The position numbers and the translations under genes were made by a program. From an uncultured virus (IMG/VR IMGVR_UViG_3300030012_003218) (lineage: Duplodnaviria; Heunggongvirae; Uroviricota; Caudoviricetes): DNA of 64,000 nt. The stretch is taken from IMG/VR virus record IMGVR_UViG_3300030012_003218, positions 1 to 64,000 of that record; one strand, given 5' to 3'. Positions 31,324-41,467 of the stretch are shown piece by piece. The notes beneath the pieces were generated by a model that searched no databases, was not told where the DNA came from, and worked only from the letters and a program-made list of their open reading frames with translations. Every line of letters begins with the position of its first letter. Within the stretch, counting starts at the first letter, position 1.

Positions 31324-31588
31324 AATACGTTTCTAATTTTTCAATGACTTCGTATAACTCTTTAAATACTGTTCCTGTCTCATCGTCTGCTTCAAACGCA
31401 CCTTTTGTATCTAAGTCTTTCATTTTTTTCATAGAATTATCAATTCTACTCGCTATGTTTGCTATCATCTCTTCCTGTTCTTCAATTACATCTTCAGTTG
31501 CTTCATTCTTTCTAAGAAGGTTCCAAGTTGTAAATCCTAATACAACGGTTGATACTGATAGTACACTGATTACTATTATTTCTGTCAT
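31295..31588 (-). CDS. small protein with an N-terminal membrane anchor
   Basis: Hydrophobic N-terminus followed by a coiled coil. Confidence 0.55.
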   Translation of the reverse strand: MTEIIVISVLSVSTVVLGFTTWNLLRKNEATEDVIEEQEEMIANIASRIDNSMKKMKDLDTKGAFEADDETGTVFKELYEVIEKLETYYAEETKEEE

Positions 31589-31596
31589 AATGTTTG

Positions 31597-32379
31597 TTAA
31601 TCTTCTACTATATCTTTAAACGCATCAAATACATTTACTTTACTTTCTGTACTTGTAAATGCGTTACTTAACTTAGATTGGGTTGACGGTCTTCCATTTG
31701 GATTACGAGTTCCCTTTGATTTGTCAGAACTTTTTTTCCATCTTTGTAATTCATACTTTGCTGCCATCATATCTGCTTGATGTAGAATATGTGGTAACAT
31801 TGTTTTAAGAGCTTTGTCTTTATTAAACTGTCTCAAGTATTCTTTACTTGAATCGTCATAAACCCCATCTGTTAACCTAATACCTAAGAATTCTTCTTCA
31901 GTTAATTTTATTCCAAAGTGTATAAGGTGAAAGAAAGTTCTATCGTGTGTATCCATATAATGGATATTTGGATTTAACTTATACATTTTACCTTGATTCT
32001 TTCTATGCCATTCTGAATCATTTTTTAGATAATGGTCTGCGTCAACAGAACCTAACTTACCTAAGTCATGATGTATCGCTGAAAAGATTACTGATTCTTT
32101 AGATATTTCACCTTCCTCAATCATACCTAATTCCAAATACATATCATATAACTTAAGTGCGTTTCTTGTCACTCTAAGTACATGGTCTATGTATCCGCCA
32201 GGAAATGAATTGTGAAAGTGTTCAAATGATGACGCGGGTGTGTAGATAATTCTATCTTCAAAGTGGTCATACATTTTATTTAATTTTTCTAATCTTTCAC
32301 CTGTAAAGGATTTGTTGATTAGTTTTCGGAACTTTTCATAATTACTTTTAAGTTCCTCTGCTGTAAAGAAATTTGTCAT
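31597..32379 (-). CDS. HD-domain phosphohydrolase
   Basis: GGYIDHVLRV, HHDLGK, HQAD. Confidence 0.85.
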   Translation of the reverse strand: MTNFFTAEELKSNYEKFRKLINKSFTGERLEKLNKMYDHFEDRIIYTPASSFEHFHNSFPGGYIDHVLRVTRNALKLYDMYLELGMIEEGEISKESVIFSAIHHDLGKLGSVDADHYLKNDSEWHRKNQGKMYKLNPNIHYMDTHDRTFFHLIHFGIKLTEEEFLGIRLTDGVYDDSSKEYLRQFNKDKALKTMLPHILHQADMMAAKYELQRWKKSSDKSKGTRNPNGRPSTQSKLSNAFTSTESKVNVFDAFKDIVED

Positions 32380-32380
32380 T

Positions 32381-33034
32381 TTATATTATTTTATCTATTA
32401 TTCCTAATTCAAGTGCTTTGTCAGAAGACATGAAGTAATCTGTTGAAGAAATATTTTCCCAATACTCTTGGTCCTTCTTACTGTGTTCTGCCATCAACAC
32501 GTTACACTCTTTCTCTAACTCCTCACTAAATTTAGCGTTAGATTTAACATCACTCAACTTACCTACTACTATTGTAGACAATTGGTGTACCATAATCTTA
32601 GAGTGTTTAGAAACCATTCGGGTTCCTGTCGCACAAGTCAACAAGAGTGCTGCTGCTGACATTGCTCCACCTCTTACTATTACATTAAACTTGACACCAT
32701 ACTTTTCTTGAGACTTCATAAAATCAATCAATCCAAGAGTTTCTATAACATCACCACCTGGCGAATTCAATAAGATATTAAATGTCTTAATGTCTTCACC
32801 TGCTAAGTTGTTTAGTAATCTTGTTTTTGCTATGATATCAAATGTAAGTCCTGATTGTATTTCACCTTCAATGATAATCACGTTATCTTTAGTGTCAATA
32901 CCATAATCAAACTGTCTGAAGTATTTTCTATCCAAATCATTCTCCGTTGATTCTGATTTCTGTATTCTCTCTGCCGTGTCTAACTCTTTTTCTAAGTCTT
33001 CGTTAAACTCCTCGCCGTATAGTGTTTCACTCAT
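32381..33034 (-). CDS. clpP: ClpP-like protease
   Basis: LNSPGG, AMSAA (catalytic Ser), MVHQ (His), ALELGIIDKI. Confidence 0.9.
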   Translation of the reverse strand: MSETLYGEEFNEDLEKELDTAERIQKSESTENDLDRKYFRQFDYGIDTKDNVIIIEGEIQSGLTFDIIAKTRLLNNLAGEDIKTFNILLNSPGGDVIETLGLIDFMKSQEKYGVKFNVIVRGGAMSAAALLLTCATGTRMVSKHSKIMVHQLSTIVVGKLSDVKSNAKFSEELEKECNVLMAEHSKKDQEYWENISSTDYFMSSDKALELGIIDKII

Positions 33035-33098
33035 AGTTTAATTTAATTTGTTACTAATATACAAATAATTTTTGTAATTACCAAATGTTTTATTGAGT

Positions 33099-34256
33099 TT
33101 ATAGTTTTCTTCCGTAAACGTGTTTTGGTACGGGTTTAGGTTTGGTTTCTTTAGCTACCTGTTCTTCACCATATAAGATTCTTTTATTTTCTTCAGGTGG
33201 TTCAACTCCTCTTGCTTCATCGGGTAGTTTAAATCCTCTTACTCTGTCTTCATCTTTATCTTGTGGGACTTCCAAAACTTCTTCCACATCTTCCTCTTCC
33301 TTTGTCTCTCCATCTGTTCCCGATGATTCTTCGAGTTCAGATACTTCGTCCCCATCGTTCTCAGACAAAACAGGAGTGACATTATCGATACTGCTATCAT
33401 CGATATTATTACTGCTGTTGCTATCATCATGAATATGTCTGTGGTTTCCATTCTTATTCCTTCCAATTAATTTATTTAATGCAATTACCATAGCTATTGC
33501 TAATGGGTCAAATACAAATACTATCAACAGGGTAAACCAATTTACAATTACATTCATTGGTTTCTCAGTTAACTCTGCCATATATCTCAATGGTCCTATT
33601 TCTGCTGCAACTTCATTGTTTGATTCAATATCTAATACTTGTAATTCAAGTTTTGTAATTGAGTCAGTCAATTGTTCAAGTTTGACATTTATCTTTTCTC
33701 TTGATTCAACTGCGGTTTCTAATTCTCTTGTTAACAATTTTCTTGTTGAGGAAGATTGAGTTGTAATTATTCTACCTAAAGTATCTGTATATTGTATCTT
33801 GTTGTTAGAAATACCATTTCTTAAATCAAGGATAGATTCTGTTAGGTTACTTTTTTCTATATTGTAATAATCAAGTTGTTCTTGAAATCGGTCTTTTTTT
33901 AACTCGATTACTTTGACCTGTTTTTCTACTACACCTAATTGGTCTGCAGTTGTTTGATATGCTGATGTTAAGAATCCGTAGATACCTAATGATGTAATCA
34001 CCATTAATATAACAACAGCAAGTGATAGATACCATTTCATCCAACCTGCGGTTTTCCAATTGTTATGTAGGTATGAAGCAGTCACAAGTTTTGCAACTTC
34101 TAATGCTGCTGCCATAATAATGACTTCAAACCTTGCACCTGCGAATAAAGAACTTAATCCAAATACCGAATAATATGCTGCTGCACCTGCTACTGAGAAG
34201 GTACTTAAAATCATCAATAAGATAAAACCATTTGACCTGTTAAAAATATTTTTCAT
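33099..34256 (-). CDS. multi-pass membrane protein with a coiled coil and acidic tail
   Basis: Three N-terminal TM segments, coiled coil, IVFVFDPLA segment, E/D-rich C-terminus. Confidence 0.7.
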   Translation of the reverse strand: MKNIFNRSNGFILLMILSTFSVAGAAAYYSVFGLSSLFAGARFEVIIMAAALEVAKLVTASYLHNNWKTAGWMKWYLSLAVVILMVITSLGIYGFLTSAYQTTADQLGVVEKQVKVIELKKDRFQEQLDYYNIEKSNLTESILDLRNGISNNKIQYTDTLGRIITTQSSSTRKLLTRELETAVESREKINVKLEQLTDSITKLELQVLDIESNNEVAAEIGPLRYMAELTEKPMNVIVNWFTLLIVFVFDPLAIAMVIALNKLIGRNKNGNHRHIHDDSNSSNNIDDSSIDNVTPVLSENDGDEVSELEESSGTDGETKEEEDVEEVLEVPQDKDEDRVRGFKLPDEARGVEPPEENKRILYGEEQVAKETKPKPVPKHVYGRKL

Positions 34257-34429
34257 TTTTTTTCCTAAAAATTGGTTTTATTAACTTTAAAAATTGTACT
34301 TATACTAAAACACTTAAGTTCTTAAGTATACTTAAAAGCTTAGTTAACTTAGTGTTATTCTGTAGTATAAATATCAATAAGAAAATTAATTAAATAAATA
34401 AAACCAAGCTATCCCCCAACTATGCCCTT

Positions 34430-35338
34430 TTAGTGTCCACCAAAAATGGAAAGATATTTCTGAACAGTTAGTTCTTTTTTCTTAGCTTCGACAACAATAT
34501 CAAGGTCATGACCATATGTGTCGATTTCAGAATAAATAAAATCGGAGTGAGCTTGTGGTTTTGAAGTCTCATCTTCAAGAGTTCTTGACTCTGAGTAATG
34601 TACGATAGGTTTGATATCACCCCAAGTAGACATAGCGAGTTCTAACGCTTCTTGTTCGGTCAGACCACCTGTATTGAATGTATGGTGATGATAATCGAAC
34701 ACAATAGGAATACCAATTCTCTCGTGTATATACATTAAGTCTTTTACTGAATACATACTTGCCTTGTCGTCATTTTCTACAGTAAGTCTTGTCTGTACTG
34801 ATTCGGGTAACTTCTCAAAGTTCTTACAGAACCTATCCATAGCAGATTGTTTGTCACCATAGACACCATTACAATGAATATTGATTTTGTTGTAAGGAGT
34901 TCTACTAAGACCCATCAAGTCAAATATCTCACCGTGTATAGAAAGGTCTTTAATCGTGTTCTGAACGACTTTCTCGTTTGGTGATACAAGAACATTGAAA
35001 GGGCCAGGATGTGACGTTATACGTTGTCCATACTTGTCAGCAAGATTACCTGCACCATTCAGTAGAATAGAAATCTTACGATAATCAGGCATTGAACTAA
35101 GTGGGAACTCGGATGACCATGGAATAAGATTGGATGTCATACGGAATAGTTTGAATCCGTTTTTGTGATTCCACTTGATAATCTCAATCAAGTCTCGTGT
35201 ATTCTGTAAAGCAAGTTCTGAAGAATACTTTACACCTTCACTAAGGAAGGTTCGTTTAATCATACCACGGTTAGTGGTAATCTTGGGTTTCTGAGAACCC
35301 AATGTCATGTTAATACATGCGTAACCTAAGTTTGTCAT
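34430..35338 (-). CDS. uvsE: UV damage endonuclease (UvsE/UVDE)
   Basis: LGYACIN, FRMTS, HPGPF, LTVENDD, FDYHHH, HYSE, AHSD, VEAKKKE. Confidence 0.93.
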   Translation of the reverse strand: MTNLGYACINMTLGSQKPKITTNRGMIKRTFLSEGVKYSSELALQNTRDLIEIIKWNHKNGFKLFRMTSNLIPWSSEFPLSSMPDYRKISILLNGAGNLADKYGQRITSHPGPFNVLVSPNEKVVQNTIKDLSIHGEIFDLMGLSRTPYNKINIHCNGVYGDKQSAMDRFCKNFEKLPESVQTRLTVENDDKASMYSVKDLMYIHERIGIPIVFDYHHHTFNTGGLTEQEALELAMSTWGDIKPIVHYSESRTLEDETSKPQAHSDFIYSEIDTYGHDLDIVVEAKKKELTVQKYLSIFGGH

Positions 35339-35379
35339 TTTTTACTATTTAATCTGTTACTAATATACAAAATATTTTT

Positions 35380-35631
35380 CTAAAATCCAAACGATAATTG
35401 TTTTTTATTATCGTACTTCCATCCTAAGTTATATAGAACTATCATTCTTAACTTATCATAGAGGTCTGATTTTGTGTCTAACCATGTAAGACCTTTTCTA
35501 ATACTAACTTGAGGGTTTGATTTATTAAATGCATTGAACTGATGATATCCATCTGCCCAACCATGTATTAAACCACTACTCTTTCTGTCAGTTATATAGA
35601 AACAATCTAAAGGGTGTTTAATCTGATTCAT
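35380..35631 (-). CDS. hypothetical protein
   Basis: ORF in the co-oriented gene run. Confidence 0.5.
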   Translation of the reverse strand: MNQIKHPLDCFYITDRKSSGLIHGWADGYHQFNAFNKSNPQVSIRKGLTWLDTKSDLYDKLRMIVLYNLGWKYDNKKQLSFGF

Positions 35632-35636
35632 ATTAT

Positions 35637-36107
35637 TTAAAAATTACCAGGCGCAACCTGAAAACAAGAGATACCATTAGCTCTCCACATATCTACTACC
35701 TTTTGTCTATCGTCAAAAGTACATAGAACATTGTCTTTCCCGATATCGTCTAACCAATCTTGTTTAAGGATATCATCGGGAGTGAAATCCTTTATTGGTC
35801 TCATGAACAATCTATGCCATGGAACATTGTGTTTGTTTAACCACATTTTAGTTGTATTGATAGTACCTTTACTTCTACCACTAAATATCACAATCTGATG
35901 ACCACTATCACACAATGATTGTGCCATCTTGATTACAGGAATGTTTGGTTTATCCAAACTAATATTTTTAGGGTCAAAGAAAATGTCCCAATCTATCTTA
36001 CCATTTGGTTTAGTAGAAATCTTTCTCCTATCATCGATAAGAGCAAGAGTACCATCTAAATCAAAGATTACTTTTTTAAATTTCTGTGGTGGAAGGTTTA
36101 CACTCAT
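35637..36107 (-). CDS. HAD-family phosphatase (PNKP 3'-phosphatase-like)
   Basis: FDLDGTLA, FSGR, LFMRP, FDDR..VV.MWR..G..CFQVA. Confidence 0.88.
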   Translation of the reverse strand: MSVNLPPQKFKKVIFDLDGTLALIDDRRKISTKPNGKIDWDIFFDPKNISLDKPNIPVIKMAQSLCDSGHQIVIFSGRSKGTINTTKMWLNKHNVPWHRLFMRPIKDFTPDDILKQDWLDDIGKDNVLCTFDDRQKVVDMWRANGISCFQVAPGNF

Positions 36108-36260
36108 TACTTTGTTTTTAAGTCGTCTATTTGTTTTTGTAGTGATTTAATTTTTCTATCTCTACTCATTAGATACTTCACTAAGGTATCTTTGTGAATT
36201 GCTTGGTAGAGTGATTTTGAATATCCCATATCTTAATTATTATTACATAATAAAGATAAT

Positions 36261-36287
36261 AAAAAAAGGGGACTTTTCCAAGTCCCC
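36261..36287 (-). terminator. intrinsic terminator overlapping a promoter -33 element
   Basis: Minus strand GGGGACTT-GGAA-AAGTCCCC followed by a T run. Confidence 0.75.
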
Positions 36288-36312
36288 AATGTTAAATTTA
36301 TGTTAAATTTTC

Positions 36313-36516
36313 CTATACCTCTTCCCACTCTACATCCGAAACTTCTTGGAGAAAATAGAAAAAACCGTCATTTCCCTTCAGTACAGTGTCACAATTTAAG
36401 TGTTCTTTCCAAACGTTAACTATTGGTCTTTGGTCAATCGAAATCTTCCGTATGATTAAATATAACTTGTTGTTGTAATTAAGTTTTTGATACCTAAACC
36501 ATGAGTTAGAAAACAT
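36313..36516 (-). CDS. hypothetical protein
   Basis: ORF downstream of Hsp20. Confidence 0.5.
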   Translation of the reverse strand: MFSNSWFRYQKLNYNNKLYLIIRKISIDQRPIVNVWKEHLNCDTVLKGNDGFFYFLQEVSDVEWEEV

Positions 36517-36522
36517 TTAACT

Positions 36523-36888
36523 TTATTTAACTTTTACTGTAATACTTTTAGCTTTCCTATCCTCGTACTTAGGAATGGAGATTGTTAAGATACCATCTTT
36601 ACAAACAGCAGAAGTTTGATTCAAATCATAAGAATCATGAACCCTGTACTTTCTTTCGAACTTACGATGTTCTTTTTCTGCTTTAATATGTAGATGTCTA
36701 TCTTCTACATTTACTTGAACGTCCTTGTTACCTAATCCAGGCACTTCGAAGTCCATTAACAACACATCGTCTTCAACTCGTGCTGTAGTATCTGAACTGT
36801 AACCATTCATATCCCAATCTAAGTATGAATCGAAAATCTTATCAAAATTTCTTAATGTCATTTTTTTCCTTTTTAAATAATTAAACAT
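36523..36888 (-). CDS. small heat shock protein Hsp20
   Basis: EVPGL...V.VEDR.L.I...A..KDGILTISIPK. Confidence 0.9.
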   Translation of the reverse strand: MFNYLKRKKMTLRNFDKIFDSYLDWDMNGYSSDTTARVEDDVLLMDFEVPGLGNKDVQVNVEDRHLHIKAEKEHRKFERKYRVHDSYDLNQTSAVCKDGILTISIPKYEDRKAKSITVKVK

Positions 36889-36971
36889 ATACTACTATTA
36901 GTACCAAATCTGTACCAATCGGAAATGTATGACATTTTGTTAGTTTTAAATTAGTTCAATGTGACAATGTG

Positions 36972-38539
36972 TCAGTTTACTGACATCGGGTCTCCAACTG
37001 CGATTATATTAAAGACTGACGTATCACCTGATACACTTCGTTTCTCTAAAAGAAATCCATCCATTACAAACAATGAAACTGTTTTGTTAACTAATGTTGG
37101 ATTGTCACAAGAAATTACAAGAGTGTTTGCGTCGATTACAACCTGTATCGGTCTATGTTCGGGAGTTTCTTCAGGAATGTCTACATCTTCAAAGACATCC
37201 TCTTCTAATTCACCATAGAGATAGTCGTGTAGATAATATACTTTAGTCATATCATCTAAACTCATGAAGTAATTATATTCTGCTTCATCCCAATGTTCCA
37301 CGATATCTCCTTTACTATACATATCTTAAATCTTATCTTTCCACATCTTGTTCAAGAATAATAAACCTTGTTTGGATATAAACCTTTTATCGTGAAGAAC
37401 AACCTCTGAGAATATCTCAATTAATGTTTTTAAGTACTCAGAACCAAAATTATCCTTGACCATTGTTAGTCTTGGAATCATTTTTTCTTTGTATTCTTTT
37501 GTAACCATTTTATCGGGTTCTGAAATCAACTCCTTGATTTTACTTTTACACAAAGTATAATACGGGTCTTTTTTTTCCACAAGAATATCACGGACACTCT
37601 TTAGATACAACTCTAAGTCCGTATTATTTTCTAATGCGTCTTCATCAAATATGTTGAAAATTCCCTTGGGTGGCACTAATTACATATTAAGTTTGTACTT
37701 CTTTTTTGCTAAATCAATCGCCTCTACTAACGTATGTGCTATCCTGTTACATTCTGCCATTGTTAGTTCGATGTCATGATTACCAACCTGTAAGTATCCG
37801 ATTTTAGATGGACCTGTTGGATACTCAGTTTGTTTTTGTTCGTGCATTTGAAAGTCGATAGAAGACCAATAGTTACCCATTCGTTTATCGTTCTTTTTCG
37901 CTACATCGTTTGGAATTCCGAAAGATTGGTTAACGTAACCACCTCTTTGCTTTTTGTTATATTTTTTCATAAACTGATTTATATAGTTTTGGTTATATTA
38001 CATAAATAGTTTTTTGAAATTAATAAAACTACTTTTTCTTCCTATTTCTTCGAGAAACTCTATCGAACCTTTTCTCATCGATAGCCATTTCATGTTTCAT
38101 TGGATGAGTTCTGTTAAAGTTTTGTTCTATTTGACAAGACCTACTTGCCCAATACCACGCGTCATATACCTTAGTTTGTGGTGGAATGAATAACTCCTCA
38201 CCTACTACTGTACCGATTCCACTTGATATATAAAATAACCCATCTGTGTTTCTTTGAATCTTTGCCTTAGGATATCTTTTCCTAACTTTTCTTTGGAATG
38301 TTTTAAACTTCCTTTTCTGTTTCTCGTCCATCTTTTTTATTTAGTGATTTCGTCAATCCTCTGTGGATGTGACAACTCGTCAATTCTTTATTTACAGAAC
38401 ACTCGTCAACTGTAGTACCGTTCTCAAGTTTGACTTTATACACAAGTCCTCTTTTTAATCTTGTTCGGTGTAAAACGGAACCCACCCTGTAGGTCCCGTT
38501 TAACTTTACAATTACACTGTCCCCTTTTTGAAAAATCAT
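36972..38539 (-). CDS. run of five small hypothetical genes (36972-37322, 37326-37676, 37680-37970, 38029-38331, 38303-38539)
   Basis: Tightly packed co-oriented ORFs with no recognisable motifs. Confidence 0.55.
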
Positions 38540-38739
38540 TATTTAATTACCTTTATGATTTTGGTCTCTATTACTGACCCTACTTCAAATTCAATTCCTG
38601 AATTCTCAAAGTCTTTTACGACTTTAGTTTCAGCGTCAGTTACAGACACTGCGTTAACTACATATTGTTCAGTTAACTTTTTTACTCTGCCTTTGTCATC
38701 CGTGTGATGTACTTTTACTTTTGCAATGTAATACTTCAT
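38539..38739 (-). CDS. DUF4494-like protein
   Basis: YIAKVK...KKLTEQYVVNAVSVTDAE resembles a family typical of Bacteroidota and their phages. Confidence 0.65.
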   Translation of the reverse strand: MKYYIAKVKVHHTDDKGRVKKLTEQYVVNAVSVTDAETKVVKDFENSGIEFEVGSVIETKIIKVIK

Positions 38740-38742
38740 AAT

Positions 38743-40080
38743 TTATTTATTTTGATTTTTATTCTTGTCTCTTTCTTCCATTAAAAGGGTGGACAATTTA
38801 ACCCCTTCTTCGGTTGGACCGTATCCAAGTTTTCCGTTCTCGTCAACGTACATACGAATCAAACCTTTATCAGATAAGTTCATAAGAGCCATATCTGTTT
38901 CAAATCTCGTGTAATCTCTATAAGTTTGAACAACTACTTCTGATAACATATCAAATTCACCTGACTTTTTAAGTTTGTATTTTAAGATATCACCGAATGT
39001 ATTCCAATCGTCAACACCTGAGAATCCAACTTCTTTCAATTCAGATATTATGTCTGTTACTAAGTTATCTAACTCTTCTTGATTCCACTTCATATTATTT
39101 TTCTTTAGTCTCTACCAAACTGTCTAAGTAATCCATTGCGTCTACGTCCCCAATTAGGACATCCACCTTTGGACCGTTATATCGATTTAACACTGCCTTA
39201 ACTCCCCATTCCTCAACCATCGATTTAAGTTCTTTTATATTTGGTAAATGTATTTTATTAAATCCCATAATTAATCAAACCATTGTGACCTGTGGGTCTT
39301 TACGTTTTTAACCATCTTGTCAGGTTCTTCCCAACCTTTTTCATTCATCTTGTCTATGATTCTCTGTTGTACGATATCATCACCAATCTGTCCCATCTTC
39401 TCTGCGTCTTTTATTAACTTCGTAGTAATTTCTTTACCACTCATTTTAGCATCCAACGCTGCGAATCTTTTACAATGATACTTTCCTAATGGTTTACTAT
39501 ATTGTTTTAAGTATGCTGTTTTTGAATCTAAGTATTCTAAAAACATATCAAAGTCATATGCTGCTATTTCGTCAAGTTGTTTATCCGTTAATGGATTCTC
39601 GGGGTCGTACTTTAGATTCATATCTTTAAATATACAAAATTTTTATTTAACATCCAAACCGTTTCTAAACATCTTCTCAATACAGTAGTATTCGTAGACA
39701 TCTTCGGTACTCATAGGTTTCTCATCCATGAGTTTATCCCATAGACAAAAACCAAAATGTTTTTCTAATTCTTTTTTTAAGTTGTTTAATATCTTAATAT
39801 CATCATTGTGTCCTTCTTCAGCCAATTTGTTTGCTCTAACATTCTTTAGGTAGGTCTTTTGTCTTGCCTCATATTCATATCCCCAATAATCACCACCCTC
39901 GGGACACTTACTCATTATCTCATTGTAGAGGTCAGAAGACTGCTTTCTTGCAGCCTTCTCCTCTGTGTAATAATGAGATAATTCAAAGTCACCATTCTGT
40001 ATCCTATCCCAAAGATGAGATTTTACAGAAAGAGTTTTTCTTTTACCATTTGTCCACCACCTATACTTGTTGTATGCCAT
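38743..40080 (-). CDS. run of hypothetical genes (38743-39093, about 39095-39268, 39271-39621, 39643-40080)
   Basis: Co-oriented ORFs; the roughly 57-aa ORF was read by hand. Confidence 0.55.
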
Positions 40081-40107
40081 AGTATTAATATTAGAGGTTA
40101 GTAACCC

Positions 40108-41370
40108 TTAGAAAGGATTACTAACGTCTTCTGATTCTACATTAAACAAGTCTTCGTCTTGTGGAGTCTCACCTAAGAACTTCTGAATGTATTGTTTCAT
40201 GAACACTCTCTCAGATTGAGCACCACCACTTTGGTCGAACAATGGATAGATTGTAATCTCAGCGGCTTCACCTAATTCAAAACCATCATAAAGTAGAGAA
40301 CCAATCTCAACTGCGGTTCTTGTTGACAATGAGTTAGTCAACTTAGGAGTCTCTGACATTACGTCATTTCTTGTCATCGAAGTAATTTCAGCAACCGAAG
40401 AAATAACATCCTTATCAACTGAAGGATACATCATCTGAAGTAACTCAGACTCTTCTTCCTTAGTCAAGGTGTCCATTTCAATGACAGTAAATCTGTCAAG
40501 AATAGCTCTATCGAGTGCTCTCGTTGCGGTGTATTCATTACCGATGTTTGCAGATGCGATGAAGGATACTCCGTCTGCAACTTTGATAACAGGAGCGTCA
40601 GCGGCTTCATCCAATCTCAAGTATCTTTGACCTTGGTCAAGAACTGTCATTAGGATGTTGTGAGCCTCAGGGTGTGCTCTCGTCAACTCATCAAGGACCA
40701 CCACCGTGTTTGGAGTTTGGATTGCTTTCACAAATGGTGAAGAGTTGAACACTGTTCCCTTCTTAGTATCGAACTGAGTATTTCCGATAAGGGTTGTTCT
40801 TGGGTCTTGAGTTGCACCCAAGTTAATAATGAAGGTGTTGTAACCTTCAAGGGAATTAGCCGCTGCTTTCGCTGCCATGGTCTTACCACAACCTGCGGGA
40901 CCTGTCATCATAATATTTTTACCTCTAAGGATGTTTCTGATTAGATACTTCCACTTTAGAGACTTCATAAACAACATCTTTGGTTTTAAACCATCGACCT
41001 CATTGTGAATAAAGTTAAGGACATCTGAAGTCATTTCTTTGGACGCGACACCCGTTGGTGTTGGTTCCCATAACATAGACATCAGACCACCGTTAGGTTT
41101 GTTGAAGTTACCAACAGGTTCGGGTTTCTGTTCAACGGTTGAAGCAGGAACTCTGTTGTAAACAATCTCACCATCAGAAAGTCTACCTCTGACTCTGATT
41201 TTGAAACCCCACTTCGCAGGATTGTTACACGCTGACTTTACCCTTTTGTAGAGGTTGGTACCCTCTTCATTGAACTCGGGGATGTTGAACTTAACACCTG
41301 CCGAATCTTCGAACAAATAGAGGTCATCTATCTGAACTACTTTTCCAAAAACTGATTTTTGTGCTTTCAT
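40108..41370 (-). CDS. MoxR/CbbQ/CobS-like AAA+ ATPase
   Basis: GPAGCGKT, VVLDELTRA, ASAN, LDRAILDRF, STR. Confidence 0.9.
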   Translation of the reverse strand: MKAQKSVFGKVVQIDDLYLFEDSAGVKFNIPEFNEEGTNLYKRVKSACNNPAKWGFKIRVRGRLSDGEIVYNRVPASTVEQKPEPVGNFNKPNGGLMSMLWEPTPTGVASKEMTSDVLNFIHNEVDGLKPKMLFMKSLKWKYLIRNILRGKNIMMTGPAGCGKTMAAKAAANSLEGYNTFIINLGATQDPRTTLIGNTQFDTKKGTVFNSSPFVKAIQTPNTVVVLDELTRAHPEAHNILMTVLDQGQRYLRLDEAADAPVIKVADGVSFIASANIGNEYTATRALDRAILDRFTVIEMDTLTKEEESELLQMMYPSVDKDVISSVAEITSMTRNDVMSETPKLTNSLSTRTAVEIGSLLYDGFELGEAAEITIYPLFDQSGGAQSERVFMKQYIQKFLGETPQDEDLFNVESEDVSNPF

Positions 41371-41467
41371 AGACTTTGTTTTAAATTATTATTTCTCATT
41401 ATTATTATTACTCTCTAAAGATAGTGAATTAGGTTCACAATTCCAAATTTCTAATGTTAAATTATTG

